Below the pieces are notes generated by a model. That model saw nothing but the letters and a program-made list of their open reading frames with translations. It made no database searches and was not told where the DNA came from. DNA of 26,285 nt from positions 1-26,285 of the forward strand of contig JBBIJQ010000025.1 of the NCBI GenBank assembly GCA_037445915.1, given 5' to 3'. Source of the stretch: Planctomycetales bacterium. GTDB lineage: Bacteria; 4484-113. A program made the translations under genes and the position numbers. Shown in pieces: positions 9,422 to 17,445 of the stretch; position 1 is the first letter of the stretch, and each line of letters opens with the position of its first letter.

Positions 9422-9496
9422 CCGCACCACCTCTCTATGATCTCACTATTATTATACACTGAAAGCCGCCATTTATTCGGATGGGAGTTTACTAAT

Positions 9497-9527
9497 GGGT
9501 AAGCCGGACTCACTAGCGCAGCTCTGG
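9497..9527 (+). repeat. Degenerate copy of the REP-like hairpin element
   Basis: GGGTAAGCCGGACT-CACT-AGCGCAGCTCTGG aligns without gaps to GAGTACGCCGGGCT-N4-AGCCCGGCTCTGG. Confidence 0.6.
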
Positions 9528-9581
9528 ATATCTGCAATCTGGAACTAATCCCTAGCCCCTATTCCTAAATCCCTCTTCGCA

Positions 9582-9603
9582 TAGCGGGACTTAAGTCCCG
9601 CTA
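9582..9603. repeat. Perfect 22-bp palindrome, REP-like
   Basis: TAGCGGGACTTAAGTCCCGCTA; its GCGGGAC/GTCCCGC arms also occur at 11705-11741. Confidence 0.75.
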
Positions 9604-9725
9604 CCCGTGATATGTCGTATTCCGTTACACCCCGCTTGTGAAACGTTTCTGCATCTTGCGCGGGCGTTGCGCCTGCTGGTAACATTCTCGTTTCCCTAGC
9701 TCATCCTTTCACAAGGAGCTTTCGC

Positions 9726-10508
9726 ATGAACATCGTTGTATTGGCGAAACTGGTGCCCGACACGGAAGCGCGGCTTTCCGTGGGCAGCGGGAGCGTTGAC
9801 CTCTCAGGCGTGGAGATGGTCATCAGCCCGTTTGACGAATACGCGCTGGAAGAAGCGCTGCGCATCAAGGACGCAGACGCGTCTGCGAAGATAACCGTCC
9901 TCATGGCGGGGCCCGAATCCGCCAAGAAGCAAATAACCAACCTGCTCGCGCTGGGAGCGGACGAAGCCGTCGTCATTAACGACGCGATAGACTCCGCCAA
10001 CCCCGCCGCCATCGCCAAAGTCCTCGCCGCCGAAGTGCGCAAGCTGGATGCCACCATCGTCTTCGCAGGCAAGCAAGGCGTTGACTACGACTGGGGCATG
10101 ACCGCAGTCGCAGTCGCCGTTGAACTCGGCTGGCCGCATGTGGGTGTGGTGAAGAAGTTTGAGCCCGATTTCGCAGGCGGTACCTTCAAGGCTGCCAGCG
10201 AATCCGACGAGGGCGACCTCGCATTCGCAGGCAAGCTCCCTGCAGTTGTCACCGCCGATAAGGCGCTAAACATGGTTCGCTACGCATCGCTGAAGGGCAT
10301 CATGGCTGCGAAGAAGAAACCCATCACTGTGCACAAACTCGCCGAAGCTGGCGTGGACAGCGCAACGCTCGGCACGGCGAAGGTGGAGAATGTCAGCCTC
10401 GGCTATCCGCCTGCGCGTCCCGCAGGGCGCATCATCACCGGCGAAGAGGCTGCCGACAAGGTTCGCGAACTCGTCAAGTGCCTGCGCGAGGAAGCGCGCG
10501 CCATCTAG
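9726..10508 (+). CDS. etfB: Electron transfer flavoprotein subunit beta
   Basis: Motifs MNIVVLAKLVPD, PFDEYALEEAL, GKQGVD and RYASLKGIMAAKKKP; AAGGAG RBS. Confidence 0.95.
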   Translation: MNIVVLAKLVPDTEARLSVGSGSVDLSGVEMVISPFDEYALEEALRIKDADASAKITVLMAGPESAKKQITNLLALGADEAVVINDAIDSANPAAIAKVLAAEVRKLDATIVFAGKQGVDYDWGMTAVAVAVELGWPHVGVVKKFEPDFAGGTFKAASESDEGDLAFAGKLPAVVTADKALNMVRYASLKGIMAAKKKPITVHKLAEAGVDSATLGTAKVENVSLGYPPARPAGRIITGEEAADKVRELVKCLREEARAI

Positions 10509-10517
10509 GAGAAGACC

Positions 10518-11474
10518 ATGGGAAAAGCAATCATCTACCTTGAAGCTAAAGGCGACTGCCTGAAGAGGATATCCTGCGAAATGCTCACCGCCGCGAAGAT
10601 GCTGGCGGACAGCGCCGTTGGCGTTATCGCCACCACCAGCGCACCAGCCCTCTCATCCGCGCGTGCATTGGGCTTGGAGAAGGTCGTCTTGCTGGAAGCA
10701 AAGCCTGACGCACTCTATGCCGCTGAAGCGTTCGCCGATGAAATGGCAAAGCTCATCGCTTCTGAAGGCGCGGCTTACGCCATTTTCGGCCAGACGAACA
10801 TCGGCCGCGACCTTGCTGCACGCCTTGCAGCGAAGACAGGCTTCGGTTATATCAATGACGTCACCGAGATTGAGTCCGGCGCGCAGCCCATTTTCACCAA
10901 GCCGCTGTATGCAGGCAAGGTCATCGGCAAGTTCCGCTATGCCGTCGACGTCCCGCACGTCATTACCATCCGCCCTAACATATTTGAGCCTGCCGACGCT
11001 GCCGGCGGGGAATCGCCGATGGCGAGCGTGCAGCCTGACTACACATCGGCAGGCTGCGTGCTCAAGGAAATTGCGCAGAAAGCCGCGGGCGAGATTGACT
11101 TGCGCGAGGCTGAGATAATCATTTCCGGCGGGCGCGGCATGGGCGAAGCGGCTAACTTCAAGATGCTCTACGAATTCGCGGAGAAGGTCGGAGCGGCCGT
11201 CGGCGCATCGCGCGCGGTCGTGGACGAGGGCTGGGTGGAGAACACGCGCCAGGTCGGTCAGACTGGCAAGACGGTGAACCCCAAGCTCTACATCGCCTGC
11301 GGAATCAGCGGCGCGGTGCAGCACCTCGCGGGGATGCAGACGAGCCGCTGCATCGTGGCGATAAACACCAACGAGAACGCGCCCATCTTCAAGATCGCCG
11401 ACTACGGCATCGTCGGCGACTGCAAACAGGTCATCCCCCTGCTCCTTGAGGAGATACTCAAGGCGCGGGGGTAA
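10518..11474 (+). CDS. etfA: Electron transfer flavoprotein subunit alpha
   Basis: Motifs SGGRG, VGASRAVVD, QVGQTGK, GISGAVQHLAGM and APIFKIADYGIVGD. Confidence 0.96.
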   Translation: MGKAIIYLEAKGDCLKRISCEMLTAAKMLADSAVGVIATTSAPALSSARALGLEKVVLLEAKPDALYAAEAFADEMAKLIASEGAAYAIFGQTNIGRDLAARLAAKTGFGYINDVTEIESGAQPIFTKPLYAGKVIGKFRYAVDVPHVITIRPNIFEPADAAGGESPMASVQPDYTSAGCVLKEIAQKAAGEIDLREAEIIISGGRGMGEAANFKMLYEFAEKVGAAVGASRAVVDEGWVENTRQVGQTGKTVNPKLYIACGISGAVQHLAGMQTSRCIVAINTNENAPIFKIADYGIVGDCKQVIPLLLEEILKARG

Positions 11475-11501
11475 GCGCTCACATATGAATAATTAGAGAA
11501 T

Positions 11502-11636
11502 GGGTAGATACTCTGTTGGCGTGTTAAGGGTTCACGGCGTTTGGGGGAATAGGATAGAACCGTAAACCCCTTCGACAGCGCCGTCCCCTTCCCAGAAGTG
11601 CATGCGCGACCTTGACGCTCAACAGAGTATCTACCC
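11502..11636. mobile_element. 135-bp element with perfect 17-bp terminal inverted repeats (MITE-like, or a structured RNA)
   Basis: GGGTAGATACTCTGTTG (11502-11518) pairs with CAACAGAGTATCTACCC (11620-11636). Internal hairpin AAGGGTTCACGG/CCGTAAACCCCTT. No target-site duplication seen. Confidence 0.5.
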
Positions 11637-11700
11637 CCGTTCTACGTTCTACGTTCTCCCCTCTGGACTTACCTCTTACGCCTTATCCCTTATCCCTTTC
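11631..11700 (+). repeat. Degenerate 7-bp tandem repeats (GTTCTAC, CCTTATC)
   Basis: gttctac gttctac gttctcc ... ccttatc ccttatc. Confidence 0.7.
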
Positions 11701-11745
11701 CAGAGCGGGACTAAAGCGAGCCAGCCTTCGGCTGGTCCCGCCTAC
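11700..11745 (-). repeat. REP-like element with a nested hairpin
   Basis: Minus strand reads GTAG-GCGGGAC...GTCCCGC-TCTGG, with an inner CCAGCC/GGCTGG stem. Lies just past the dnaE2 stop. Confidence 0.6.
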
Positions 11746-11753
11746 AAGCGAAT

Positions 11754-14700
11754 TTACACCCACCTCCCCCCGCTTACATCCTTCTCCGCCTCCGTAAGCC
11801 CAATGAGCGCCACCTGCGCCTTATCCGGTATCGCGCCGAAGAGCGTGAGTTCGCGCACGTTCACGTTGATGCCCCCCGCGTTGTCCTCCACGCGCCCAAC
11901 GACGGTGAACGGCCCGGGCTTGCTCGCGATGTGCGCGAAGCGCTCGTAGGCGTCGGGGAACAGCACCGCCTCGTAGGTCCCCGTGAGGTCCTCCATGCTC
12001 ATGAACTTCATGCGCTTTCCCGTCGGCACGCGCACCACCGGCGAGCTGTCTATGCGCGGCGTTATCCCCAAATCATCGCTTGGTCGCACGCGCTCATCGT
12101 CATCTGCCTCCGCTTGCCCATTGCGTGATGCGCTCGCATCATCCTCCACATCGTCACCCTTCTTCACTTCCTCCTTGCGCCGAATGTCCACGCGCTTCGT
12201 GCTGATGCACCACCCCGCCAGCCGCACCTCCCGCCCGCCAAGCTTGGGCAAATCGCAGGCGCGGTGAAGCTCGCCCATGTGCGGGAGGAAGAACGCCAGC
12301 GGGTGCGCCCCCGCGCCGTAGCCGAGATACTCAAGCTCCATCTGGCACCTTCGCAGCGCGTCCCAGTCGGCAAGCGGCGGAAGCTGCTCCAGCAATTCCG
12401 CGCCGCGCCCGTCGTCAAGCTCCAAAAAGCCGTCGCCCTTGCTGTTGGCAAACTCGCACTGCAGCAGCCACAAAACCTGCGGCCGCGTGAAGCCGAGGCA
12501 GTCCAGCGCCCCTACCCGCGCCAGCACAATGAGGTCGGCGTAGCGCGCGTGCGTGCGGCGCAGGAAATCGCGCAGGCTACGAAACTCGCCGCCGCGCCGC
12601 CGCGCGTCCACGATGCTTTCCAGGCTGCCCGCGTGCACTTCGCTTATTTCGCCAAGCCCGATGCGCACCGCGCGCCCGCTGTCCTCGGCGGTGAAGTGCA
12701 GCTCGCTTGCGTTCACGCACGGCGGGAGGATGCGCAGCCCGAGGCGGCGGCATTCCTGGATATAGACACTCGTCGCGTAATAGCCGCCGTGGTTCGCCAG
12801 CACCGCCGCCATGAACTCCGCGGGATGGTGCGACTTCAAGTAAGCGACCTGGAACGAAAGCACGGCGAACGCCGCGCTGTGCGCCTTGCAAAACGCATAG
12901 CCTGCGAAGCTGCGGATTTGCCGCCAAAGCTCGCGCGCCACCGGCGGGTCAACCCCGCGCGCCTGCGACTGCTCAAGGAACTCCGCGCGCAGCTTGAGCA
13001 TCGCCTCGTTGGAGCGCAGCTTGCCACTCATCGCGCGCCGGAGCAGGTCGGCCTGCGCCAGCGACATCCCCGCTATTTCGTGCGCGACCTTCATCACGTC
13101 TTCCTGGTATATCATCACGCCGTGCGTCTCCGCGAGCACACGCCCAAGCTCCGGGTGGATGTGGCGCACGAATTCGGGGTTGCGGTGGCGGCGCACGTAT
13201 TCCTGCATCATCCCGCTTTCCGCGACGCCGGGGCGGATAACGGAACTCGCCGCGGTCAGTTCCTCAAAGGTCTCGGTGCGTAGCTTCGCCAGCAGTGAGC
13301 GCATGGCAGGGCTTTCAATGTAGAAGCAGCCCATCGTCTTGCCACCGCGTATCATCGCCACCGTACGCGCATCGCCGGTCGTCGCGCTAAAGTCGTCCAC
13401 CGGCGGCGTTATGCCGCGCGCGGAAAGCGACGCCAGCGCGTCTTCCAGCACGCCCAACGACCGGTTGCCCAGCAAATCTATCTTGATGAGCCCCGCATCC
13501 TCCACGCCGTACATCTCGTGGTGCGTGACCACGAAGCCCTTTGACGCCCCGTAAAGCGCGGTGTGCTTGCGGATGTCCTCGGGCGCGATGACGATGCCTC
13601 CTGCGTGGATGCCGAGGTGCTGCGGCAGGTTGCTCAGGCGCTGCGCCAGCGCGAACAGCTCCACGTATTCCGGCGCCGACAAATCAATGCCGCGCGTTTC
13701 GGGGAAGGCCGTCGCGGGGTCGTCGGGGATGGACTCGCCCGACCACAACGGCAGGCGTTTCAGGAAACGCTCCAACTCGCTGTCCAGCAGGCCCAGCGCC
13801 TTCGCCGCCTCGCGCAGCGATGAGCGCGCCTGGAAGGTCACGTGCGTGGATATCATGGCCACGCGGTCGCTGCCGTAGCGGTCGTAAACGTATTGGATGA
13901 TTTCATCGCGCCGCTTCCAGTTAAGGTCAATGTCCACGTCCGGCGGCGACTTGCGGTCGGGATTGAGGAAGCGTTCAAAGTAAAGGTTGTAAGCCAGCGG
14001 CTCAACGTGCGTGAGGTTCAGCGCGTAACAGACCATTGAGTTCGCCGCGCTGCCGCGCCCGAGGTTGGGAATGCCGCGCCGGTTGGCTTCGCTGACGATG
14101 TCGTGCACGACGAGGAGATACGGCGCGAAGCCGTGCTCGCAGATGACGCGCAGCTCGTAGTTAAGCCGCTTCTCCACTTTGCGGCTGATGCTCCCATACC
14201 TCCGCTTTGCCCCCTCAACCGCCAGTTCGCGCAGCCTGCGCGCGGGCGTAATCCCGTCGGGCAGCGGAAAGCGCGGGAAGTGCCAGGTGCCGCGCGCAAG
14301 CTCAAAGTTGCATTCCCCCGCGATGATGCGTGCAGTCTCCAGCGCTTCGGGAAGCTGCGCGAACGCCCGCTCCATCTCCGCCGCGCCAAGCAGCGTGCGC
14401 TCCGGCTCGGCGCAATCCTTCACTGACCACACCGTCTCGTTGTCGCCGATGGCGCGCAGCAGCCGGTGCACCGGGAAGTCCTCCGCGTCCAGCATGCACG
14501 CGTCGTTCACCGCGACAAGGTTTAGTTTCAACTCATCGGCGAGCGCCTGCGCCTGCTGCAACGCGCGCAGTGTCTGCGGTTTGCTGGGCGGAAGCACGGG
14601 GATGAACAGCTGCGACGGGGGGAGAATGGGCGCCAGCGCGCGCAGAAGCTCTTCGTCGCGTGTGAGCACGAACATGTCTTCCGTGTGCTTCGGCAATTCT

Positions 14701-15068
14701 TCCGCGAGCTTGAAGCCGGGGGTGAGGTGCCGCGCGCTGCACAGGCGGTTGACGCTTTCGTATCCCTTCGCGCTGCGCGCCAGCACCACCGCCGACATAG
14801 GCCTGTCCTGCGGCTCGTCCACCATCGCGCCGATGATGGGTTTCACACCGTGCTCGCGCGCCGCCTTGCAGAAGTCGGCCGTGCCATAAACGCCGTTTAG
14901 GTCGGTGAGCGCCAGCGCCGTAATGCCGCGCTGCGCCGCCGCCCGCACAAGCTGCTCCGGCAGCGCCGTGCCGTAGTGGAACGAGTAACCGCTGCGCGTT
15001 GAAAGGTGCACGCCCAAGCTGTCTTGTGCGCCCGCCGCCGTTCCGCCGGTTGTATCTCCCGCCGCCAT
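11754..15068 (-). CDS. dnaE2: DNA polymerase III alpha subunit, error-prone DnaE2 (ImuC)-type
   Basis: PHP domain (SGYSF..G, LALTD), PPDVDID and KIDLLG catalytic motifs, C-terminal OB fold. DnaE2-like signatures GRGSAANS, FYIESPAMR and YAFCKAHSAAFA. Family is certain; subtype is inferred. Confidence 0.88.
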   Translation of the reverse strand: MAAGDTTGGTAAGAQDSLGVHLSTRSGYSFHYGTALPEQLVRAAAQRGITALALTDLNGVYGTADFCKAAREHGVKPIIGAMVDEPQDRPMSAVVLARSAKGYESVNRLCSARHLTPGFKLAEELPKHTEDMFVLTRDEELLRALAPILPPSQLFIPVLPPSKPQTLRALQQAQALADELKLNLVAVNDACMLDAEDFPVHRLLRAIGDNETVWSVKDCAEPERTLLGAAEMERAFAQLPEALETARIIAGECNFELARGTWHFPRFPLPDGITPARRLRELAVEGAKRRYGSISRKVEKRLNYELRVICEHGFAPYLLVVHDIVSEANRRGIPNLGRGSAANSMVCYALNLTHVEPLAYNLYFERFLNPDRKSPPDVDIDLNWKRRDEIIQYVYDRYGSDRVAMISTHVTFQARSSLREAAKALGLLDSELERFLKRLPLWSGESIPDDPATAFPETRGIDLSAPEYVELFALAQRLSNLPQHLGIHAGGIVIAPEDIRKHTALYGASKGFVVTHHEMYGVEDAGLIKIDLLGNRSLGVLEDALASLSARGITPPVDDFSATTGDARTVAMIRGGKTMGCFYIESPAMRSLLAKLRTETFEELTAASSVIRPGVAESGMMQEYVRRHRNPEFVRHIHPELGRVLAETHGVMIYQEDVMKVAHEIAGMSLAQADLLRRAMSGKLRSNEAMLKLRAEFLEQSQARGVDPPVARELWRQIRSFAGYAFCKAHSAAFAVLSFQVAYLKSHHPAEFMAAVLANHGGYYATSVYIQECRRLGLRILPPCVNASELHFTAEDSGRAVRIGLGEISEVHAGSLESIVDARRRGGEFRSLRDFLRRTHARYADLIVLARVGALDCLGFTRPQVLWLLQCEFANSKGDGFLELDDGRGAELLEQLPPLADWDALRRCQMELEYLGYGAGAHPLAFFLPHMGELHRACDLPKLGGREVRLAGWCISTKRVDIRRKEEVKKGDDVEDDASASRNGQAEADDDERVRPSDDLGITPRIDSSPVVRVPTGKRMKFMSMEDLTGTYEAVLFPDAYERFAHIASKPGPFTVVGRVEDNAGGINVNVRELTLFGAIPDKAQVALIGLTEAEKDVSGGRWV

Positions 15069-15070
15069 AT

Positions 15071-15115
15071 TACTATACGCTAGTGTAGTATAGCAGATAG
15101 GGCGGCATTAGCCAA
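15071..15115 (-). promoter_or_regulatory. dnaE2 promoter (TTGGCT-N17-TATACT, extended TG) overlapped by a 20-bp palindromic operator
   Basis: -35 at 15115-15110; -10 at 15092-15087; palindrome TACTATAC-GCTA-GTGTAGTA at 15071-15090. Confidence 0.65.
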
Positions 15116-15127
15116 TAGATAGACGAT

Positions 15128-15158
15128 GAGTACGCCGGGCTAACCAGCCCGGCTCTGG
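15128..15158 (+). repeat. REP-like hairpin element with a perfect 8-bp stem
   Basis: GAGTAC-GCCGGGCT-AACC-AGCCCGGC-TCTGG. Confidence 0.8.
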
Positions 15159-15170
15159 AATCTGGAGAAC

Positions 15171-15202
15171 AAAAAGGAGTGTGGACCGAAGTCCACACTC
15201 CT
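15171..15202 (-). terminator. Intrinsic terminator of the lipoprotein gene
   Basis: Minus strand GGAGTGTGGAC-TTCG-GTCCACACTCC followed by TTTTT; cUUCGg tetraloop; about 15 nt after the stop at 15218. Confidence 0.85.
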
Positions 15203-15217
15203 CTGGATATCCGAAGC

Positions 15218-17191
15218 TTACCCCCTACCCCTTATCCCTTGAATCACGAGAATGTCGTCACCGCCGCCGCCGGTATCTTGAATGCCAGAGGGCGTGCCTA
15301 GGGTCCCTACAGGTGTGCTATCGGCGCCCGTTGGAACGTAGTCAGTGCCCGCGGCATCCACCAGGTCGACGCTGGTTGCCTGCGTGACGCCAGCAGAAGC
15401 ATCGCCCCAGATACCGTTTGCCTGAGGATCCCAGCCAGCAATAGTCAGAATATTATCGGATCCTAAGGTAATAGCCCGCAGGCGGTCGTCCGCGGTGCCG
15501 ATTCCCCAGGTTCTTGCCCACAGGCATAGACCGCACGAATTGAACTTGAGCAGCAAACCCTCATACATCCCGGTTCCGAAGCCGTAGGTGCCGCCGATAA
15601 GATACAGGTTTCCCACTCCATCAATTGCCATGCCAAAGGTCTCGTCGTGTGTATCCCCTCCCCAGATTTTCTTCCAGACTGCTGAGCCGCTGGAGGAGAC
15701 CTTCATAAGCACCACATCATAGCCTCCAAGACCGCCGCCCCACGCTCTGCCGGCAACATAAATATCTCCGCCGGCATCATGACAGACTGCATATCCCACA
15801 TCGTCGTTGTCATTGCCCCACTGCCTCTGCCACTGGAACACCATACTGGAGGAGTATTTGACAATAAGCAAGTCGTCATAGCCTGTAGCGGTATCAGTAG
15901 TCCTGCCAGTGATGAAGATATTTCCCGTATCGTCCAGGGAAATCGCAAATCCATCCATTTGCTGGTATGTAGCCGACAGCGACTTCAGGTCAAGGTAGTT
16001 GCCGTCGGTGTCGTACTTGAGTAATAACAGAGCTTCCTTACCGTAGCTGTTTTGCACAAAACCAGTGACATACACAACCGTACCCGCAAGAGCTATAGCC
16101 CTTCCGCCACTATACCTGTCTCCGCCCCAGGTCTTCTGCCATAGCAGCGTTCCGTCAGGCGCGTACTTCAAGGTGAACACCAGCTCCACATCGTCAAAGC
16201 TGCCTGTCTCACCGGTGACATAGGCGTTCCCGTCGCCGTCTACGGCGACACCTTAAGCCATATCTGCATTGTCCCCGCCCCAGGTCTTCGCCCACAGCAA
16301 CGTGCCGTCGGGGGAGTATTTCAGAAGTATCGCATCTGCGTCCGAGAACGAGCCCATGTCGTACAGGCCCGCTACGTATGTGTTGCCATCTGCATCAACC
16401 GCTACGGCATTGGCCTGGTCGTTGTTTGGCAATCCCCAGCTATGCGCCCACACTGTCGCCGCCGATGGGGGCTGCATAGAGTTGCTGGGAACGCCGCCGT
16501 TGCCTTCGCCGTCAACTGGCACCAGCCGGTACCACTTGCCTGCTTCGGGAGTGATATCAACGCTGAAACGCATGCGCGCGATGTCCTTATCAAGCCCTGC
16601 GCTCAAGGGGATGATTTGCACTTCTGTATATGTCCCATTCTCGGTGTCTGATACTTCCAGGCGATAACCTGCGACCTCCACACCGAAGTTCATGGCGATG
16701 GGCGTAACATCCGCGATGTCCACGTGCTCATTGGCACTGCCGTCGGCAACCGCCGGCAGCGTATTGATATCGCCGGGAACCGCGTTGTCCCATGTCTGCC
16801 CGAAACGCATCGCCAGCGGTGTGATGTCCGGCACGCCGACCACTCCGTCCTGGTTATAGTCGCCGACGTGTTAGTAGTGCCATGCATAGTTGAACGTTCC
16901 GTTGCCGTTGTCGGTGATGACCAAGTCCGGAATGGCGTTCTCCGTCCCCGTCGGCGGTGTGGCGACGAGCTTGCCATTCCCGCGCGAAAGCAGTGCATCG
17001 CGCAAGGCATCTTTCAAGCTCGCGAATACCGCAGCGTCAGCCCCCTGCGGCGCATGCATCGCGTCCAGCTCGGCGATGGCATCCTGCACCGATGTTCCAT
17101 TCGCAGGGATTGCCGGGCTTCCACCGCAGGAAGCAAACAGCGCAATCACCAACAAAAGAGATAAGCAGATAACAGCTTTAGCGCAGTACAT
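15218..17191 (-). pseudogene. Lipoprotein with a dockerin/EF-hand-like pair and an SBBP-like beta-propeller, interrupted by two in-frame TAA codons
   Basis: Three track ORFs share one frame, with stops at 16873-16871 and 16255-16253. GGAGG RBS; lipobox LFASC; GDYNQDGVVGVPDITP and DGSANEHVDIADVTP; repeats of the form AVAVDADGNTYVAG..LLKY..G.LLW.KTWGG. Confidence 0.82.
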
Positions 17192-17445
17192 AATACCTCC
17201 CGATACGGGTTTAGTTATTACAGTAGCTACACAAAACAAGCTGAATAAGGATACATCTATTTTACTCTTCGCAACATGTTCCTTGGGGCTGTTATCCCCA
17301 CACTTAAAAGGCGGATAGAAGGACCGGCGTGTGTCCATTTGTGATACAATTTGCGTTGAGTGCTTTATGGCTGAGAATGCGTGGGTTGTTTATCCCTGCG
17401 CGTGGCCGCCCACTTCGGCATTATTTCACATTTTGGAGGGTTTTT

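Noticed and set aside
11502-11636. Integron attC site, SRP RNA, 6S RNA or cobalamin riboswitch
   Set aside because: The GTT/AAC cores are in the wrong order for attC, the SRP loop motif is absent, it is short for 6S, and it lies between convergent 3' ends rather than in a leader.
12030-12188. Intein in DnaE (and in RtcB)
   Set aside because: The insertion is too short and lacks C/S...HN splice motifs; the RtcB motifs are contiguous.
12264-14889. Long antisense ORFs over dnaE2, and similar ones over etfA, rtcB, the hydantoinase-like gene and atpA
   Set aside because: Shadow ORFs expected from high GC3; Arg/Ala-rich with no recognisable motifs.
15218-17191. Genome-wide reassignment of TAA to an amino acid
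   Set aside because: rdgB, pmbA, etfA and atpB end in TAA at their expected C-termini.
15218-17191. Diversity-generating retroelement target
   Set aside because: No reverse transcriptase and no template/variable repeat pair seen in the window.
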